A stretch of DNA of 64,000 nucleotides from Burkholderiales bacterium (GTDB lineage Bacteria > Pseudomonadota > Gammaproteobacteria > Burkholderiales > SHXO01): positions 3,364-67,363 of the forward strand of contig DATJZQ010000158.1 of assembly GCA_035499005.1 (NCBI GenBank), read 5' to 3'. Positions 61,268-64,000 of the stretch are shown here, piece after piece. The first letter of the stretch is position 1, and every line of letters starts with the position of its first letter. A program made the position numbers and the translations under genes. Under the pieces are notes generated by a model. That model ran no database searches, had not been told where the DNA came from, and worked only from the letters and a program-made list of their open reading frames with translations.

Positions 61268-61759
61268 ATGGACAGCAAGCAGCTGTACCAGGAGGTCGTC
61301 CTGGATCACAACAAAAAGCCGCGCAACTGGGGCAGCCTGGCTGATGCCACGCATCGCGCAGAGGGCTTGAACCCACTGTGCGGCGATCATATCTGGGTTG
61401 CTCTCAAGGTGCAGGACGGCTTGATCGAGAAAATCGCGTTCGAGGGCGAGAGTTGCGCGATCTGCAAAGCCTCGGCCTCGATGATGACCGCCAACGTCAA
61501 GGGCAAGCAGATCGAGCAGGCCGAGCGGCTGGTGCAGGAGTTCCGCGACATGGCTACCGGGCGTTTGAATCCTGCTACGCAGCCCAGCCAGCTGGGGCGT
61601 CTCGTGGTGTTCGCGGGAGTGAAGGATCTGCCTTCGCGTGTCAAGTGCGCCATCCTTCCCTGGCACACGCTGCACGCGGCGTTCCACGACCGGGGCACCA
61701 CGTCGACCGAAGGTGATGCAGATCCCATGGGCCTCTCCCCCGCCAGCGAGTCGGCCTAG
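61268..61759 (+). CDS. sufU: SufU-type (IscU/NifU-N-like) sulfur acceptor
   Basis: ORF 163 aa. HNKKPRNWG, NPLCGD, EGESCAICKASASMMT, RVKCAILPW resemble B. subtilis SufU blocks as recalled. Confidence 0.82.
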   Translation: MDSKQLYQEVVLDHNKKPRNWGSLADATHRAEGLNPLCGDHIWVALKVQDGLIEKIAFEGESCAICKASASMMTANVKGKQIEQAERLVQEFRDMATGRLNPATQPSQLGRLVVFAGVKDLPSRVKCAILPWHTLHAAFHDRGTTSTEGDADPMGLSPASESA

Positions 61760-61779
61760 CGCACTGGTACACGTCTTCC

Positions 61780-62364
61780 ATGCCCCGAATCGCTGAAATC
61801 GAATTCACACCCAACCCCAACGCCAGGAAATTCATCCTGCGGGAGCCGCTGACTTATGGCGTCACTCGTTCGTACGAGAACGCCGAGCAGGCCGCAGGGG
61901 ATGCGCTGGCCAAGGCGCTATTCGCCATTGCGCACGTGACCAACGTGTTCTACGTCGACCACTGGATCACCGTCACGCAGGATGGCAAGGCGCATTGGCC
62001 GGAGCTGCTGCGTGAGCTTGCCGTGCCGATCCGCGATGCGCCGTCCGCGCAGCAGCAGTCGGCGGAACTGATCGGCGGAAACTCCGACCAGCCGGACGGG
62101 GTCGCCGCCTTCGACGAGTCGAAGCTGTCGCCTGCCGACCGCGAGAAGCTCGAGGCGATCCAGCAGCTGCTGGACGAGCGGGTGCGCCCCTACCTTCAAG
62201 GCGACGGCGGTGATCTGTACGTGCTGGGGTTCGAGGACAACGTGCTGAAGGTTCACTATCAAGGCGCGTGCGGAAGCTGCCCGAGCTCGATCTCCGGAAC
62301 GCTGGCCGGAATAGAAGGCCTGGTGCAGGAGATCGATCCGCAGATCGAAGTGATCGCGGTCTAA
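61780..62364 (+). CDS. Nfu-type Fe-S scaffold/carrier (Nfu_N + NifU C-terminal CxxC domain)
   Basis: ORF 194 aa. FTPNPNARKF N-domain, VRPYLQGDGGDLYVLGFEDNVLKVHYQGACGSCPSS C-domain. Confidence 0.85.
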   Translation: MPRIAEIEFTPNPNARKFILREPLTYGVTRSYENAEQAAGDALAKALFAIAHVTNVFYVDHWITVTQDGKAHWPELLRELAVPIRDAPSAQQQSAELIGGNSDQPDGVAAFDESKLSPADREKLEAIQQLLDERVRPYLQGDGGDLYVLGFEDNVLKVHYQGACGSCPSSISGTLAGIEGLVQEIDPQIEVIAV

Positions 62365-62369
62365 GTCGC

Positions 62370-62693
62370 GTGAGTGACTGGATCAGCGTGTGCCGGGCAG
62401 AAGACCTGCCGCCCGGCGGTCACAGGCTGGTGGAGGCGGACGGCACGCAGATCGCGGTCTTCAACCTCGACGGACACTACTACGCCATTGAAGACGTGTG
62501 CACGCATGACGGGGGCGTGTTGACCGGTGGCGCCGTCGAAGGCGATCAGATCGTCTGCCCGCGCCACGGCGCGCGCTTCTCGATCAGAACCGGCGAAGCG
62601 CTCGCTCCGCCTGCATTCGAAGCCACAGCAGTGTTTCCGGTACGAATCCAGGACGGCCACGTACAGGTGCGCGACGACCGCTGGGAGCGTTGA
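62370..62693 (+). CDS. Rieske-type [2Fe-2S] ferredoxin (107 aa)
   Basis: In-frame part of ORF 62268..62693 from GTG 62370, 5 nt after the nfu stop. CTHDGG...CPRHGARF Rieske ligands. Confidence 0.8.
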   Translation: MSDWISVCRAEDLPPGGHRLVEADGTQIAVFNLDGHYYAIEDVCTHDGGVLTGGAVEGDQIVCPRHGARFSIRTGEALAPPAFEATAVFPVRIQDGHVQVRDDRWER

Positions 62694-62706
62694 GCGGCGC
62701 GCCGAG

Positions 62707-63096
62707 CTACTCCACCAGGCAGCTGTGGAAGGCTTTGCTGCGGATCGCTTTGTAGCGCATCCCCATGCTCTTTCCCTCCGAGCTGTCGCGCACGGCGGTG
62801 CCCCGCTCTCCTGCGATCTGCCCGGCGTCGGCGGCAGTGGACAGCTCAACGTACTCTTCGTACTGGAGCTCTCCGGCGATTGCGTCCAACGCGCAGGAGC
62901 ATTTGTACAACATCTCCTGACGGGATCGATCCGGATGCTCACGCGCGCAGCTCTCCACGAACAGCACGCGCTCAATGGTCGGGAAATCGTTGCTGGTCGC
63001 TGCGCGACTGCTCAGGGCCGAGGCCAACACGACTACCACGGCAGCCACGCCGGTTCGCGCGGCGTTCGTTATTCCAAGCGGACTCAGCCATTTCAT
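62707..63096 (-). CDS. Hypothetical secreted protein, four Cys (129 aa)
   Basis: ORF 129 aa. Signal-like VAAVVVVLASALSSRA. ATGA overlap with the upstream MoxJ-like gene. No family recognised. Confidence 0.5.
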   Translation of the reverse strand: MKWLSPLGITNAARTGVAAVVVVLASALSSRAATSNDFPTIERVLFVESCAREHPDRSRQEMLYKCSCALDAIAGELQYEEYVELSTAADAGQIAGERGTAVRDSSEGKSMGMRYKAIRSKAFHSCLVE

Positions 63097-63959
63097 GGCT
63101 TCAACCGTCCTTGCGCGTCCAGCAGTGGCACGCTGTAGGCGCGCAGGATCTGTTCGATGTCGCCTTCATGCGCGGCGAGGAGGTGCTCGATCTTCGCCTT
63201 CCATTCGCGCTCGCCGTAGCGCACGCCCATCGCGATGTCGTAGTCGAGCCGCACGGATGGTTCGGACGTCAGCGGAACCAGAATCAAGCGCGGTTCGCGC
63301 AAGCGCTGGGTGACGAAGCCGGCGATGGGTCCCCACACGATGGCGGCGTCGAGCTTGCCTGCCGCCAGATCCTTCTCGATGATCTCACTCGGGGAATAAT
63401 CGGGATCTGCGTTGAGCATGGGGTACGGTACGGCTTGCTCCAGCAGGCCGTGCTTCACCAGCCATTCGGATGCGGGCGAGCGGTCGAACACGCCGATCCT
63501 CAGTTCGGCTAGCTTGTTGGGCGGGAGTCGATCCAAGTCCTTGGCCGCGTGCACCCCCTCCAGCTTGCCGCCCTGCGGATAGATCAAGACATAGGTCGAG
63601 CGATAGTACGGCCGAGTCGGCCACACCTGCTCGTAGCCGGCGGGAACGCCTATCACCAGGTCGCAGCGATACTGCTCTCCCGGCAGCTTGAAGCGCAGCG
63701 TGTTGCGAATGAAGCCCATGCGCTGCGGGAAAGAAAAGTATTCGAGTTTCCAGCCGAGCTCGCGTGCCAACAGCTCGGCGATCTTGTTCTCGAATCCCTG
63801 TCCGGCCTCGTTCGAGAAGGGCAGATTGTTCGGGTCCTGGCACACACGCAGCACATCTTCCTGCGCCAGGGAAGGATTCGCCGCGGCCGTCGCTGCCAGC
63901 AGCGCAAGAGCGAGCGACGCTCGCCGGAGTGCCGCCGGCCCGGGACACGCCGGGATCAT
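63093..63959 (-). CDS. Quinoprotein-dehydrogenase-associated periplasmic binding protein (MoxJ/MxaJ/XoxJ family)
   Basis: ORF 288 aa. Signal peptide, LRVCQDPNNLPFSNEAGQGFENKIAELLAREL block and PBP type 2 fold pattern recalled for MoxJ-like proteins. Confidence 0.78.
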   Translation of the reverse strand: MIPACPGPAALRRASLALALLAATAAANPSLAQEDVLRVCQDPNNLPFSNEAGQGFENKIAELLARELGWKLEYFSFPQRMGFIRNTLRFKLPGEQYRCDLVIGVPAGYEQVWPTRPYYRSTYVLIYPQGGKLEGVHAAKDLDRLPPNKLAELRIGVFDRSPASEWLVKHGLLEQAVPYPMLNADPDYSPSEIIEKDLAAGKLDAAIVWGPIAGFVTQRLREPRLILVPLTSEPSVRLDYDIAMGVRYGEREWKAKIEHLLAAHEGDIEQILRAYSVPLLDAQGRLKP

Positions 63960-64000
63960 TTGAGCAGCTCTACCTTGGCGCGCGTTATTGCGCCGTCGGA
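63956..64000 (-). CDS. 3' end (last 14 codons) of an unidentified gene continuing beyond the right window edge
   Basis: Minus-strand frame ...SDGAITRAKVELLK-stop, with TGA overlapping the MoxJ-like ATG (ATGA). Identity cannot be determined from 14 residues. Confidence 0.35.
   Translation of the reverse strand, partial: SDGAITRAKVELLK

Overview
This is a high-GC (about two-thirds G+C by eye) proteobacterial chromosome segment. The gene order (trxB | ftsK-lolA-rarA-serS; suhB | trmJ-cysE-iscR; ccmABCDEFGHI) looks betaproteobacterial, which is inference only. All calls come from reading the sequence and ORF track by eye; family assignments rest on motifs recalled from memory, and no searches were run.

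I call 64 protein-coding genes and one tRNA-Ser(CGA). Two genes are cut by the window edges. The large left-edge gene and a 59-codon ccmD are missing from the ORF track and were found by hand translation. I saw no rRNA, CRISPR array, transposase, integrase or phage genes.

Most of the window is housekeeping:
- glnB, trxB, ftsK, lolA, rarA, serS, mltF, tal
- a complete System I cytochrome c maturation operon, mltB, mutS
- suhB, trmJ, cysE

Six stretches deserve attention:
1. **1-8.3 kb.** An orphan GspE/PilB-type ATPase sits directly upstream of a MASE1-PAS-GAF-GGDEF-EAL gene. Next to them is a PQQ alcohol dehydrogenase with a lanthanide-type DxD motif, no vicinal Cys-Cys, and a lipoprotein cytochrome c. 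A recurring 10-mer marks both promoter regions.
2. **8.9-20 kb.** A MarR-headed gentisate-cleavage island has no known gentisate-forming hydroxylase. In its place are a 2Fe-2S/FNR reductase, an SDR and a minimal stand-alone PaaA-like di-iron protein. The island also holds an embedded BKACE-PdxA2-DUF1537 module and an ATP-grasp-less acyl-CoA-synthetase-like gene. This is my best candidate for an undescribed system.
3. **42.5-44.9 kb.** A large orphan prepilin with a near-consensus sigma-54 promoter and two unknown small genes is wedged between mltB and mutS.
4. **49.1-53 kb.** A histidine kinase is followed by a Hanks-type Ser/Thr kinase fused to two receiver domains.
5. **53-62.7 kb.** The conserved suhB|trmJ-cysE-iscR locus carries sufA-BCD-S-U-nfu-Rieske in place of iscSUA-hscBA-fdx. 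Tandem IscR-type boxes overlap its promoter.
6. **62.7-64 kb.** A MoxJ/XoxJ-like gene marks a second quinoprotein dehydrogenase locus running off the right edge.
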